Source of the DNA: a virus | Taxonomy: Duplodnaviria; Heunggongvirae; Uroviricota; Caudoviricetes | Direction: 5' to 3' (one strand) | IMG/VR virus record: IMGVR_UViG_3300028260_000001 | Location: 1 to 56,332 of that record | DNA length: 56,332 bases | In this document: positions 35,649 to 44,525 of the stretch, in pieces | Layout of the letters: the number at the start of each line of letters is the position of its first letter | Numbering within the stretch: position 1 is the first letter of the stretch | Translations under genes and position numbers: made by a program | Notes under the pieces: model-generated | The model's input: the letters and a program-made list of their open reading frames with translations, nothing else | Databases searched by the model: none | Told to the model about the DNA's origin: nothing

Positions 35649-37598
35649 ATGTCGACTATTGAATTTAGTCCAGAGGACGTTATTGGGCGTGAAGCAAAAC
35701 ACATCACGTACGTCCCAGACCAGTTCGGTAAACAACATGATGCTCACTTTGTAAAAGAAGTTTTGCATTTAAAGGGCGGCGGTACACATAGTCGTCTGGT
35801 TAAGTGGGAAGACTACGAGCGTAATTATTACCTTACACAGAAGGGTCGTCGTAATCACCACGAAAAGAAAGACTACGAACTCCTGGAGAACTTGACTAAG
35901 TACAAGTCGACTCAGGTTAACTTAGCTCGTAGCATTGCTAAAGCGTTAGGTGACTTTTCACAAGGACCTAACCCACGACTGCGTAATCTGTCACGTAGTC
36001 CTTATTTGTACGGTTCTGATGTAAGTTCGACTTGCTGCTTGAAGAACGATTATCAAACTCGGTATCCGGGTCTGATCTCGCGTAACACTGTAGCGGGCGG
36101 TGACATCGAGACAAACGTCTACGAAGCACACAACGAAGATCAGATCATCTGTATGTCGGTTACACATAAAGAGAACGTGTATCTGGCTTATCTTAAGCAT
36201 TGGGTCAGTGACATCAAAGATCCAGTGGGTGATACGTATGCCGAGATGGATTCTATTCCAGAACTCAAGGCATTGATGCACGGTCGTAATCTGAAGATTG
36301 AAGTTGAGGTAGTTGATACTCCAGCGGATATCATCATTCAGTGCTTCAAACGACTGCATTCTTGGAAACCTGACTTCTTTGCTTTCTGGAACATCGAGTT
36401 CGACATGAGTCGAATTCTGAAAACATTGGATCAGTATGGTATCGATCCGAAAGAAGTATTCTCGGATTCTTCGGTACCTAACAACTACAAGTATTTCCAT
36501 TTCAAGAAAGACCAAGCAATGATGACTACAGCTTCGGGTGTATCGAAGTCTCGTGGTCCTCAAGATCAGTGGCACTGGATTACAGCTCCAGCGACATTCC
36601 AATGCATTGACTCGATGTCAACGTATCGTGTAACTCGCTTGGCTAAAGGTAAAGAACCTTCTTATGCCCTGGGTTACATTCTGAACAAAGAGCTCAGTGT
36701 TAACGAAGAGAAAGAACTGAAGAAAGAAGGCGACTTGTTAGACTTCATGAAGAAGTGTTACAAGAAGCTGAACGAAACTGCTGGTTCTTATCCGCATTGG
36801 TTTATCAACGATCAACCAGTACATTGCTTGGACGAAGCAAAGATCGGCGATGTTGTTTGTCTGAAAGTAGATTTCGGTAAGTTGGACTTCGAAGCTGTTG
36901 CTAACCTCAACGGTATCGAATGGCACCAAGCGATGCAAACGAAGTACAAGATCAAATATGGTCTTTACAACATCATCGACAGCATGCGTCTGGAACAACT
37001 TGACGAAAAGATCAACGACTTGGCTCGTTCGATTACTTTGTTCTCGAAGTCTTCTGACTATAAGAACTTTAGCTCGAACCCAAAACGTCTGATCGACGAC
37101 ATGCACTTCTGGTATTTGAAGCGTGGTCAGGTTATTGGTTCTAGTTCTGATCAGATGGTACACGAACTGGATCAGTACGTAGTATCACACCGAGACTGGA
37201 TTGTAACGTTACCGTCTTACATGGCGGGTCAGCATGGTATCAAGTGTGTTAAGGACTTACCGAACTATCACACACTGATCTTTGTTCACGTAGCTGACTT
37301 GGACATTGTATCGACTTATCCAAACGTATCGCAGATTTTGAACATCGCTCGTGAAACTACGGTGATGGAATTCTCGGCGATTCAAGGTGTGTCGGAACAT
37401 TGGCGTCGTGAGGCTGGTGTTAACTTAACTGCGGGTCGTGTTAACTCAGTAGAGATTACTCAGAAGCTGATGTCTGCTCCACGTATGGATACCATGTTGT
37501 TGGCATTCATGGCGCACATCGGTATGGCTGAACCTACACTGGATCAAGCACAGGCGGTAACCCCCGAAAAGAAGGGTGTACCAGTGGAAGCGGTATGA
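35649..37598 (+). CDS. Split family-B DNA polymerase subunit (3'-5' exonuclease plus motif A), phiKZ gp82-like
   Basis: ExoI DIET, ExoII WNIEFD, ExoIII YNIID, motif A DLDIVSTYP; motifs B/C not evident. Confidence 0.85.
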   Translation: MSTIEFSPEDVIGREAKHITYVPDQFGKQHDAHFVKEVLHLKGGGTHSRLVKWEDYERNYYLTQKGRRNHHEKKDYELLENLTKYKSTQVNLARSIAKALGDFSQGPNPRLRNLSRSPYLYGSDVSSTCCLKNDYQTRYPGLISRNTVAGGDIETNVYEAHNEDQIICMSVTHKENVYLAYLKHWVSDIKDPVGDTYAEMDSIPELKALMHGRNLKIEVEVVDTPADIIIQCFKRLHSWKPDFFAFWNIEFDMSRILKTLDQYGIDPKEVFSDSSVPNNYKYFHFKKDQAMMTTASGVSKSRGPQDQWHWITAPATFQCIDSMSTYRVTRLAKGKEPSYALGYILNKELSVNEEKELKKEGDLLDFMKKCYKKLNETAGSYPHWFINDQPVHCLDEAKIGDVVCLKVDFGKLDFEAVANLNGIEWHQAMQTKYKIKYGLYNIIDSMRLEQLDEKINDLARSITLFSKSSDYKNFSSNPKRLIDDMHFWYLKRGQVIGSSSDQMVHELDQYVVSHRDWIVTLPSYMAGQHGIKCVKDLPNYHTLIFVHVADLDIVSTYPNVSQILNIARETTVMEFSAIQGVSEHWRREAGVNLTAGRVNSVEITQKLMSAPRMDTMLLAFMAHIGMAEPTLDQAQAVTPEKKGVPVEAV

Positions 37599-37947
37599 TG
37601 GATACGAGTGTTCATCGCAAGGAGATAAGCGGTTCTCTGCGATGTTCGCTCTCATGCCAGATGGGCGTACTATTGAAGCCCATTATCAATGCGACGTGAA
37701 AGGACATGCTCCAGGTTCTACTGATTGGCGATTAGGTAAAGGGAAGCCCCCTGTAGATCGCTCTAAGGACCTGTGGGCCGAGTACAAGAAACTCTGGACC
37801 GTATGGGCGGATCTCAATCCGGAGCTCATGCGTGAGCTTGCAGAGGCTTGTGCGTTGATGGACTACACGTTGTCTGATAAGTTCGCTAACACTGATATTT
37901 CTCAAGCACGTGCACTATGTGAGTTGTTGAATGAGCGCTTTTGCTGA
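37576..37947 (+). CDS. Conserved phage protein, possibly divergent NADAR-like
   Basis: ECSSQGDKRFSA...IEAHYQCDVK pattern; GTG start overlapping the upstream gene. Confidence 0.55.
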   Translation: MYQWKRYDGYECSSQGDKRFSAMFALMPDGRTIEAHYQCDVKGHAPGSTDWRLGKGKPPVDRSKDLWAEYKKLWTVWADLNPELMRELAEACALMDYTLSDKFANTDISQARALCELLNERFC

Positions 37948-38242
37948 TCGTTATAATGAACTGTTTGAATTTGCTAATCACGTTGGATGGGATGGACATG
38001 CAGCTAACCCTGTGTGCCCATTAACTCGCCAGAGCTCTGAACAAGTTTGGATGGAGTACGGATTGGCTAATAAAGAGCATACTCTGGAGTTCGATACACT
38101 CGGACAAGCTATCTTTGAAGTGCCTACGGTTCATGGTGTTCTAGAGCTTGTAGTCTTTGAGCATCAGTACTATGCATCGATCACGAAAGGTGATTTGGTT
38201 GTCATGGCTCCAACAGTTCGCGACATAGTAGCCTTCCCCTAG
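37931..38242 (+). CDS. Hypothetical protein
   Basis: 103-aa ORF overlapping the upstream stop; its stop lies at the hairpin centre. Confidence 0.65.
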   Translation: MSAFADRYNELFEFANHVGWDGHAANPVCPLTRQSSEQVWMEYGLANKEHTLEFDTLGQAIFEVPTVHGVLELVVFEHQYYASITKGDLVVMAPTVRDIVAFP

Positions 38243-38259
38243 GGGAAGGCTTTATGCCG
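38222..38259 (+). terminator. CATA-hairpin-TTTATGCCG element
   Basis: Perfect 22-bp palindrome AGCCTTCCCCTAGGGGAAGGCT followed by TTATGCCG. Confidence 0.75.
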
Positions 38260-38997
38260 TTATGGCCTTATGACTTCCACAAGTTCTAGCACTGGTAGCC
38301 ATGCGCCACTCGTACCAACCTTCTGTATGTAACTACGGAAGTATGCGTTGCTATTACCTGCGGCCACTATGGCGTATTCAGTGTATGTCGGTCTAGACTC
38401 AATGCCAATGACCGAACTCCCAGGTGCCCCGTATGTCGCCCATTTGGCATCAATGCCATTGGTGGACCAAGTTCGTTCGATCAACTTAGACCATTCTGAG
38501 TTTTGAATAGTTGGATCAGTCGACAGGGTATTGTTCGGGTCAATTGTACTGACGCTGATTAATCGGATTCTAAACTTGCAGGTAGATCCGTCCTGTGCAA
38601 CCATCGTTATTTCTTTAAGTTGGTTGACTGGACCATCTGGTATGGATGGGTATTTCCCAGGACCATCTAAGCCATATACAAAACCAGCAGCGTATAAATT
38701 ATTCCAGCTCATACCCGTACGTAATACACGCTTAGGTACATAAATTACTTTTTCATTGAACAAATATTTTGCCCATAGTCTTGCAGTGCCCCGGTTAGCA
38801 GCAACCCCTGACAAGGTTACATTAGACAGTGCCTCGATTTGTTCTGGTGTAACAAACTCTGAGTTATCTAAGTCACCGAATAGTCCAGCCTTATACGTCT
38901 CATCGTATCTGATGAGCGTAGTTGGACCTGGGCCATTGTCAGGGATGGTAGGAAAATTTGCTCTGTACACACCCGAGCCAAGTAAAGCTTCAAACAT
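38260..38997 (-). CDS. Virion structural protein, phiKZ gp131-135/gp83-like paralog family
   Basis: GPGP..L...G.FG....EF, W.KY....K....PK..LR..MSW..LY.AG.VYG motifs; start MFEALL. Confidence 0.7.
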   Translation of the reverse strand: MFEALLGSGVYRANFPTIPDNGPGPTTLIRYDETYKAGLFGDLDNSEFVTPEQIEALSNVTLSGVAANRGTARLWAKYLFNEKVIYVPKRVLRTGMSWNNLYAAGFVYGLDGPGKYPSIPDGPVNQLKEITMVAQDGSTCKFRIRLISVSTIDPNNTLSTDPTIQNSEWSKLIERTWSTNGIDAKWATYGAPGSSVIGIESRPTYTEYAIVAAGNSNAYFRSYIQKVGTSGAWLPVLELVEVIRP

Positions 38998-39033
38998 AAT
39001 TAGCACCCCCATTTAATTCTACACACACTATTA

Positions 39034-39066
39034 CGGCATAAAGCCTCCCCTAGGGGAGGCTTTATA
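39034..39066 (-). terminator. Hairpin-TTTATGCCG element
   Basis: Perfect 28-bp palindrome ATAAAGCCTCCCCTAGGGGAGGCTTTAT at 39038-39065. Confidence 0.75.
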
Positions 39067-40644
39067 TCAGCAGTAACGCTGGAAGAACTCAAGCAGCCAG
39101 CCTTGGCGAGCAGCAGGGAACTTACGTAGCAGGTAAGGCAGATCGATTTGTTTACGAGCAGCTTTGTCTGGATCGGTGTAGACATGGAAGATCGACAGCA
39201 GGTTAACGTGAGTTTCCTGGATGTCACCTTCAGTACGCAGAGTACCAGTGAAGCGAGTAGCGTAAGTAGGCTCGAACAGACCATTACGGTTTGCTTTGTA
39301 GAAGTCACGGAAGTAAGCCATGGCATTGCCGAAGCCTGCTGGGTCTTCCAGTTTCAGGATATAGCGGAACAGGTTGTCGAGTTCTTTCTGTTCTTTGGCA
39401 CCGATCTCTGGAGTAATCGGGGTACCAGGTTTGCACGCTTTGAGATAGCGCTCAGTTTGGGTTTTCAGGTATCCAACATTCATTGCAGTCAGCCCTTGTG
39501 GAATTACAGTTTCTGTTTGTACGACCGGTTCAGCGATCGTTGGCTCAGGAGTTACAGCGGTAGGTTGCTCACCTACTACCTTCACAGAATTGCTCTGCAT
39601 TTTCTTGTAAGCCCGAATAACGTCTTCAGGTTTATTCGATTGCGAACACAGATCCAAGCGTTTGTTCAGTTCTACCGCCAGCTTAGCATCGGTAGTTTCG
39701 CCAACAGAGCGGAGCTCACCCAGTGCCCATGCTACTAGTTCTTGGGTAGTCCATTCGGCGGCAGGGCGACGAGCACGAGTAACGTCATTACGCCATGCTC
39801 CATTCGAAGTCTTTGCAGGTTCCAGGCCTTGGGTAAGGAAATCGATCAGGTCACGAACAGACCACGCCGCATCTACTTTCTCAAGTTGGCGATACGCTTT
39901 AGCCAGTGCACCGTATTGGTTTTCACCGATGCCTTCCAGCAGTCCAGCAAAACCATCTAGGATTTCATCAATACCCCAGGTATCAATAGAACGTTCTTTA
40001 CGGGTTGGGTCACTTACGATGGATCCACGTTCGGTGTGGGCGATGATGCTTCCGCCTGTGGCGATCCACTGGTCGATGTGTTCGTCGGTCCAGCTATCAG
40101 GGACTTCATTTGTTTTACGAAATCCTGCGTAGTCGAACACCGGTTCTTCAACGCCTGTATCAGTGGTTTGTTCCACTGGGAGCTCGTCATTGCTCCCCGA
40201 TTGGTTTTCATCTAGTTGTTCCATTGCGGTTTCTTCATTAGCCTTGTAGGCACGGTATTGGTTGATGATCCAGTCCACAGCGTCTTCTACATCTTGACCT
40301 GTGAAATCTGCACCGGTGAATTCAAGTTCTTCTTTGGTGAAGAGGTCGTAAACATATCCTGTCGGTTCATTGACATTGTAATCAAACCACCGATCGACTA
40401 GAGCTTGGTTGCTTTGCATGAACCAAGTCAGCGCTAGGTTAGCTTCTGAAGGTCCTGCTGGTTCGGCTTGAACGAAGTCTGGATAACTCCACAAAACTTT
40501 TTCTGGTTCTTCGCCTTTCACCAATTCGCTATCATTCTTGGCGACTTGTTCGGAGAATTCAGCAGCGGTCAGTGGAACGGTGGTCATTGGTTGAACCGGG
40601 ATTGATCCATCAGCTTGACGGAAAGATTTACGCTTATTGCCCAT
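39067..40644 (-). CDS. Conserved jumbo-phage protein with internal ~75-aa duplication
   Basis: 525 aa, AAGGA RBS; Trp-anchored repeat. Confidence 0.75.
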   Translation of the reverse strand: MGNKRKSFRQADGSIPVQPMTTVPLTAAEFSEQVAKNDSELVKGEEPEKVLWSYPDFVQAEPAGPSEANLALTWFMQSNQALVDRWFDYNVNEPTGYVYDLFTKEELEFTGADFTGQDVEDAVDWIINQYRAYKANEETAMEQLDENQSGSNDELPVEQTTDTGVEEPVFDYAGFRKTNEVPDSWTDEHIDQWIATGGSIIAHTERGSIVSDPTRKERSIDTWGIDEILDGFAGLLEGIGENQYGALAKAYRQLEKVDAAWSVRDLIDFLTQGLEPAKTSNGAWRNDVTRARRPAAEWTTQELVAWALGELRSVGETTDAKLAVELNKRLDLCSQSNKPEDVIRAYKKMQSNSVKVVGEQPTAVTPEPTIAEPVVQTETVIPQGLTAMNVGYLKTQTERYLKACKPGTPITPEIGAKEQKELDNLFRYILKLEDPAGFGNAMAYFRDFYKANRNGLFEPTYATRFTGTLRTEGDIQETHVNLLSIFHVYTDPDKAARKQIDLPYLLRKFPAARQGWLLEFFQRYC

Positions 40645-40696
40645 TGAGGAGTCCTTGTTAACTATAGTTCAAAACATAAGGGTATCAAGTAGAAAC

Positions 40697-40732
40697 AAAA
40701 AAAAAATAAAGGAGTGGAGCCCGAAGGCTCCA
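40697..40732 (-). terminator. cUUCGg hairpin plus U-tract
   Basis: Minus strand TGGAGCC-TTCG-GGCTCCA-CTCCTTTATTTTTTTTTT. Confidence 0.75.
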
Positions 40733-41500
40733 TTAATAATAACTCTTAACTTCCGGTACGGTGTAGTACACACGTTCTGGATCTTTGTTGAGTCGCTTGT
40801 TGATTATCTGGAATGGATAATTCGTTATGTCTACTGCTACACGGAACGACGGATAAGTAATCCCATCAATGAAGATAGGTCTAGCGAACTTGTTCCTTTC
40901 CGGCATAGCGGCAGCTAACGATTCTATTACCTTCGGCGTGGTGTGTCGATCCCACATCAAGTTCAACATCTTAGGTGACTGCTCAAAGCGTTTAATAGCT
41001 TCGGCATAAGTCTCCTTCATTAACTTGACGATGTACTCACCGTGACAATACTCGAACACCTGCTGCATGTAGATATTCGGATGACGACCGATGGTTAGTT
41101 TCCATTCCATCTGTTGTACCGCCCTATGGATATTATCGGACTTACCTATCCAGATGAACCCATTGGGGAAAGCGACTTTATAGACTCCTTTGTTTTTGGT
41201 CAGGGGTGTTTTCGTTTCATTGAGTGATAGCTTCTTAGTACGAGCTTCACGTAGCCGTAACAGCAACACACGTTCTGCTTGTTCTAAGTTCTGACATACC
41301 TCAATCTCGAAAGCAAAGTCCTGAGTGTTTTTAGTTTGATTGAATAGTTCTTGGCACTTACGCGATTTGTGCAATCCTTCACACAACAATGCATGATGCC
41401 AATCCTGCTGCTTAGCGAAGTTATTCGTCATCCCTGAGAACACTTTATCTGTAGCGATGTGTCGTAGGTGGAAAACACCGTTAACAGAGTCAAAGAACAT
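40733..41500 (-). CDS. Free-standing homing-endonuclease-like protein (two GIY-YIG-like domains plus NUMOD1-like tail)
   Basis: GVFHL...VFSGMT and GVYKV...IWIGKS; C-terminal RPIFIDGITYPSFRVA; GGAGG RBS before ATG 41500. Confidence 0.7.
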   Translation of the reverse strand: MFFDSVNGVFHLRHIATDKVFSGMTNNFAKQQDWHHALLCEGLHKSRKCQELFNQTKNTQDFAFEIEVCQNLEQAERVLLLRLREARTKKLSLNETKTPLTKNKGVYKVAFPNGFIWIGKSDNIHRAVQQMEWKLTIGRHPNIYMQQVFEYCHGEYIVKLMKETYAEAIKRFEQSPKMLNLMWDRHTTPKVIESLAAAMPERNKFARPIFIDGITYPSFRVAVDITNYPFQIINKRLNKDPERVYYTVPEVKSYY

Positions 41501-41512
41501 ATAACCTCCAGA

Positions 41513-41560
41513 CGGCATATACAGGGACTGTTGCGTCCCTGTAATATAGTTCTAAAACTT
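41513..41560 (-). promoter_or_regulatory. Early-type promoter overlapping a hairpin-TATGCCG element
   Basis: Minus strand AAGTTTTAGAACTATATTACAGGGACGCAACAGTCCCTGTATATGCCG. Confidence 0.6.
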
Positions 41561-41567
41561 TGTGGGA

Positions 41568-42914
41568 TCAAGTAATGCGTTTATGCATATCCCATTCAAC
41601 CGTACGCAGTACCGTGGCGTGCATCTTCGCCAAGAACAGGCTAAGGAATCGACCACCTACACCAGCAGCAGCGGCTGGGATACCGTTAGGGTTTTCAGCC
41701 AAGGCCGCACCAGCACACACAGCGCAGATGTTCTTGCCTTTACCCAGAATGCCTTTGTCTACGTCACGACCAGTCTTACAAGACATTGGTCCACGGATCT
41801 CAATGGTCTTGCCGACTAACGAGTTCAGCATCTCTGCTGTCAGTACAGTCGTCTTACCGTTTTCAATCATGCCGTAACCCACCAAGCTACCATTAAGGTA
41901 AGGATGGATAACAGTTGGGATACCGATGTGAGTACCACAATCGTGTTCAACAATTCGAGCAGTACCAACCATTCGATAAATCGTCTTAGTCGACTCACCA
42001 CCGAGTGCAGTCTGTTTGCCTCGGTTATAAGAACCAGCACGTAGGGAGTTGAACATGACTGGAAGCTTATCCATGTCAATGCCTTCTTCCAACGACTTAG
42101 CAATCAGTTCTACTTTCGTACCATCAGAGAACGCAGATTCACCACCGAACATGTAGTGAACTTTCTTACGTGCACCTTCTAGCTTCTTCTTCGAACGATA
42201 GAACTCTTCGGATTCGTCACCCGCCAGATAATCGTCATCGACCTTCTTCAGCAACGTACTGAGTTCAGCAACTGCAGCAGGGTCAGTTAGACGATGCTGG
42301 TTATCAGCAATCCACTTAGAACGAATAGCGTCTCGATCTGGTGAAGCCATCAACGATTTCTTAGTCGTAGCTGTAACCACACCATCCGAGTAAGCTGGCA
42401 GTGTCAAAATGTGTTCAGCAAACATCAGGTACTGTCGAACGTAAAGCTTCCCATCTGGTGCTTTCAGATTCGGATCATCGTTGTCTTCAGGATCATCAAT
42501 CATCCGTGCTAGGATTTCTTTCTCCAACTTACCCAGGTTAAACAACCCAGTCTGGAATTCAAAGATATCCCCGAACGGCAATACCAAACAAAGGTGGTTT
42601 ACGAACACGTTACCGTAAGTGGTTTCGAGTGGACCTGTACCTTTGTAGTTATCGATCTCACCTGGACTAATAGTGATCGCATCACGGAAGTGCAGCAATG
42701 CTACATCTTCTTTGTATTCTTCCAGGTATTCTTTCTGATCGCCTGAACCCGGTACGAAGAAGAACAAACCTTGCTCGTCCTTATACAACCGGTAATCGTA
42801 ATGCTGTTCGAATTCGTTGATGTTGTAAACGATGGAGAACAAGCAGTTCATCCATTGGCGTTTCTTGTGTAGCCCTTGTGAGAGCCCTTTTAAAAAGTAA
42901 TCACGCGTCTTCAT
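41568..42914 (-). CDS. Virion RNA polymerase beta'-like subunit, phiKZ gp80-like
   Basis: EHDCGT, IRGPMSC, ICAVCAG zinc site of the beta' C-terminal region; start MKTRDYF. Confidence 0.85.
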   Translation of the reverse strand: MKTRDYFLKGLSQGLHKKRQWMNCLFSIVYNINEFEQHYDYRLYKDEQGLFFFVPGSGDQKEYLEEYKEDVALLHFRDAITISPGEIDNYKGTGPLETTYGNVFVNHLCLVLPFGDIFEFQTGLFNLGKLEKEILARMIDDPEDNDDPNLKAPDGKLYVRQYLMFAEHILTLPAYSDGVVTATTKKSLMASPDRDAIRSKWIADNQHRLTDPAAVAELSTLLKKVDDDYLAGDESEEFYRSKKKLEGARKKVHYMFGGESAFSDGTKVELIAKSLEEGIDMDKLPVMFNSLRAGSYNRGKQTALGGESTKTIYRMVGTARIVEHDCGTHIGIPTVIHPYLNGSLVGYGMIENGKTTVLTAEMLNSLVGKTIEIRGPMSCKTGRDVDKGILGKGKNICAVCAGAALAENPNGIPAAAAGVGGRFLSLFLAKMHATVLRTVEWDMHKRIT

Positions 42915-43761
42915 TGGTCGTGTACCCTTCCAGGAAAGCAACCAATGGCTTAATGGAGTTAAGCATATTGGTGTTATCGATATTGTTGTCTGTGAAGTCC
43001 CCAATCAGATCACGTGCCTTACGAGGAATCTCTTCTACTGGAGTGTTGGATAACAACAGTAATCCAAAGATCTCCATAGCTGCATGTTCTACTTCTTTCC
43101 GATCGAGTGCTTCCAACGATTGTTGTAACAGTGGTGAGATCTCACGAGTACCGATACGTACACCGTTACGGGATAGATCCAGCAACATAGAAAACGTACC
43201 TTCACCAAACGCACGGATGTAATCGTTGACCATCTTCACACGTTGGAGTGGAGTAGGATCAGCATCATCTAAACCACGATAACGAACTTGTCGTTCGATC
43301 TCTTCTTTCATGGTATTCAGTAAACGTGGCGATACCGATACGATCTCTGGCCATGCTTCGTCCATCTTCACAGAAGTGAACAATTGACACATATGAGCTA
43401 GGATCTCTTCCGGCATGAATCCACCTTCGAACAACAATAACAGTTGATCTGGGATTACATACTTGTCGAAGTTAGACAACACGTCTACGATCGATTGACG
43501 GATCTCTTGCGTAGCTTCCATCGATACTTTAACTTCATGTTGTTTGAAGATTGTTTCGTGTGCATACCAGATGACATCCTCAATACGTGATACGAGCATC
43601 TCGTTATCACACATGCCATCTTTCATCTCTACGATCTGATGGAGTTCATCTAATGCAGCTTGGTAGTCCAGTGACTCTAGGGACGCTACACAACTAAGAA
43701 TGACGTCCTTACGTTCCTCTGTGATCAGAGGCGTAAGTACACTGTCTATAATGAATTGCAT
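42901..43761 (-). CDS. Conserved protein, phiKZ gp79-like
   Basis: Start MQFIIDS with GAGGG RBS; synteny. Confidence 0.65.
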   Translation of the reverse strand: MQFIIDSVLTPLITEERKDVILSCVASLESLDYQAALDELHQIVEMKDGMCDNEMLVSRIEDVIWYAHETIFKQHEVKVSMEATQEIRQSIVDVLSNFDKYVIPDQLLLLFEGGFMPEEILAHMCQLFTSVKMDEAWPEIVSVSPRLLNTMKEEIERQVRYRGLDDADPTPLQRVKMVNDYIRAFGEGTFSMLLDLSRNGVRIGTREISPLLQQSLEALDRKEVEHAAMEIFGLLLLSNTPVEEIPRKARDLIGDFTDNNIDNTNMLNSIKPLVAFLEGYTTNEDA

Positions 43762-43889
43762 TAAAAAGCCCTCTTCCTTTGATTTTAGTAACATACTGTT
43801 GCGTTATAAGTCAAAGTTTACCGTGTAGTAAATTACTCAGGGCTTGATACTATGTTAACAATCCGCAAATTTGCACACAAGGAAACAAC

Positions 43890-44525
43890 ATGAATCTTCC
43901 AACTCAATCTGCTCTGGCTTCCACCCTTCAACTGGCTGAAGTGGTGGCAGATGTACGCAGTGTTACTCGTTCGGGTGATACTGTCACTGTAAACGTTGCC
44001 AACGATCAAGACTACGCTGATCAACCAGCTACTCTGGACAATCCAATCAACAAAGAAGTCGCCCTCGAAGTCCAATCTTTTGTAGCTGACAAGCTGCTCA
44101 AAACCGAAGGCTGGGCAATCCTGCGTGAACTGTTCCGCATCACTAGCGAAATGATCGGCACCACCCAGCTGTTCGTTCTGCCTGTGATTTCTCAAGATCT
44201 GTTGATCCAAGAGAAACTCGGTGAACACTACGAGACCTTCAAGAAAGAGTTCGATGCTCTGAGCGAAGATCTGGCAACAATGTCCACCGCCCTGCTGGCC
44301 ATGTCCAAGAAACACTTGGAGCGTACTGGTACAGTAGCTGTCGAAGACCAACAACTGGTCGCCGAACTGGCAAATGGATACAGCAATCTACAAGCCCAAA
44401 TGGAAAACAAAGTCGGCCCTGAGCTGATGAAACAAATGGAAATCCTGGAAGTAGCCGGTGTAGGTGCAGACGCACTGTACGCTGCTTTCCTGCAAATCCA
44501 GGAGACCCCTGAGGAAACCCAATGA
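43890..44525 (+). CDS. Helical conserved protein, phiKZ gp78-like
   Basis: 211 aa, AAGGA RBS, ATGA-coupled to the next gene. Confidence 0.75.
   Translation: MNLPTQSALASTLQLAEVVADVRSVTRSGDTVTVNVANDQDYADQPATLDNPINKEVALEVQSFVADKLLKTEGWAILRELFRITSEMIGTTQLFVLPVISQDLLIQEKLGEHYETFKKEFDALSEDLATMSTALLAMSKKHLERTGTVAVEDQQLVAELANGYSNLQAQMENKVGPELMKQMEILEVAGVGADALYAAFLQIQETPEETQ

Noticed and set aside
36696-36875. Intein or intron in the polymerase subunit
   Set aside because: Too short, frame continuous, no terminal HN-C/S/T motif
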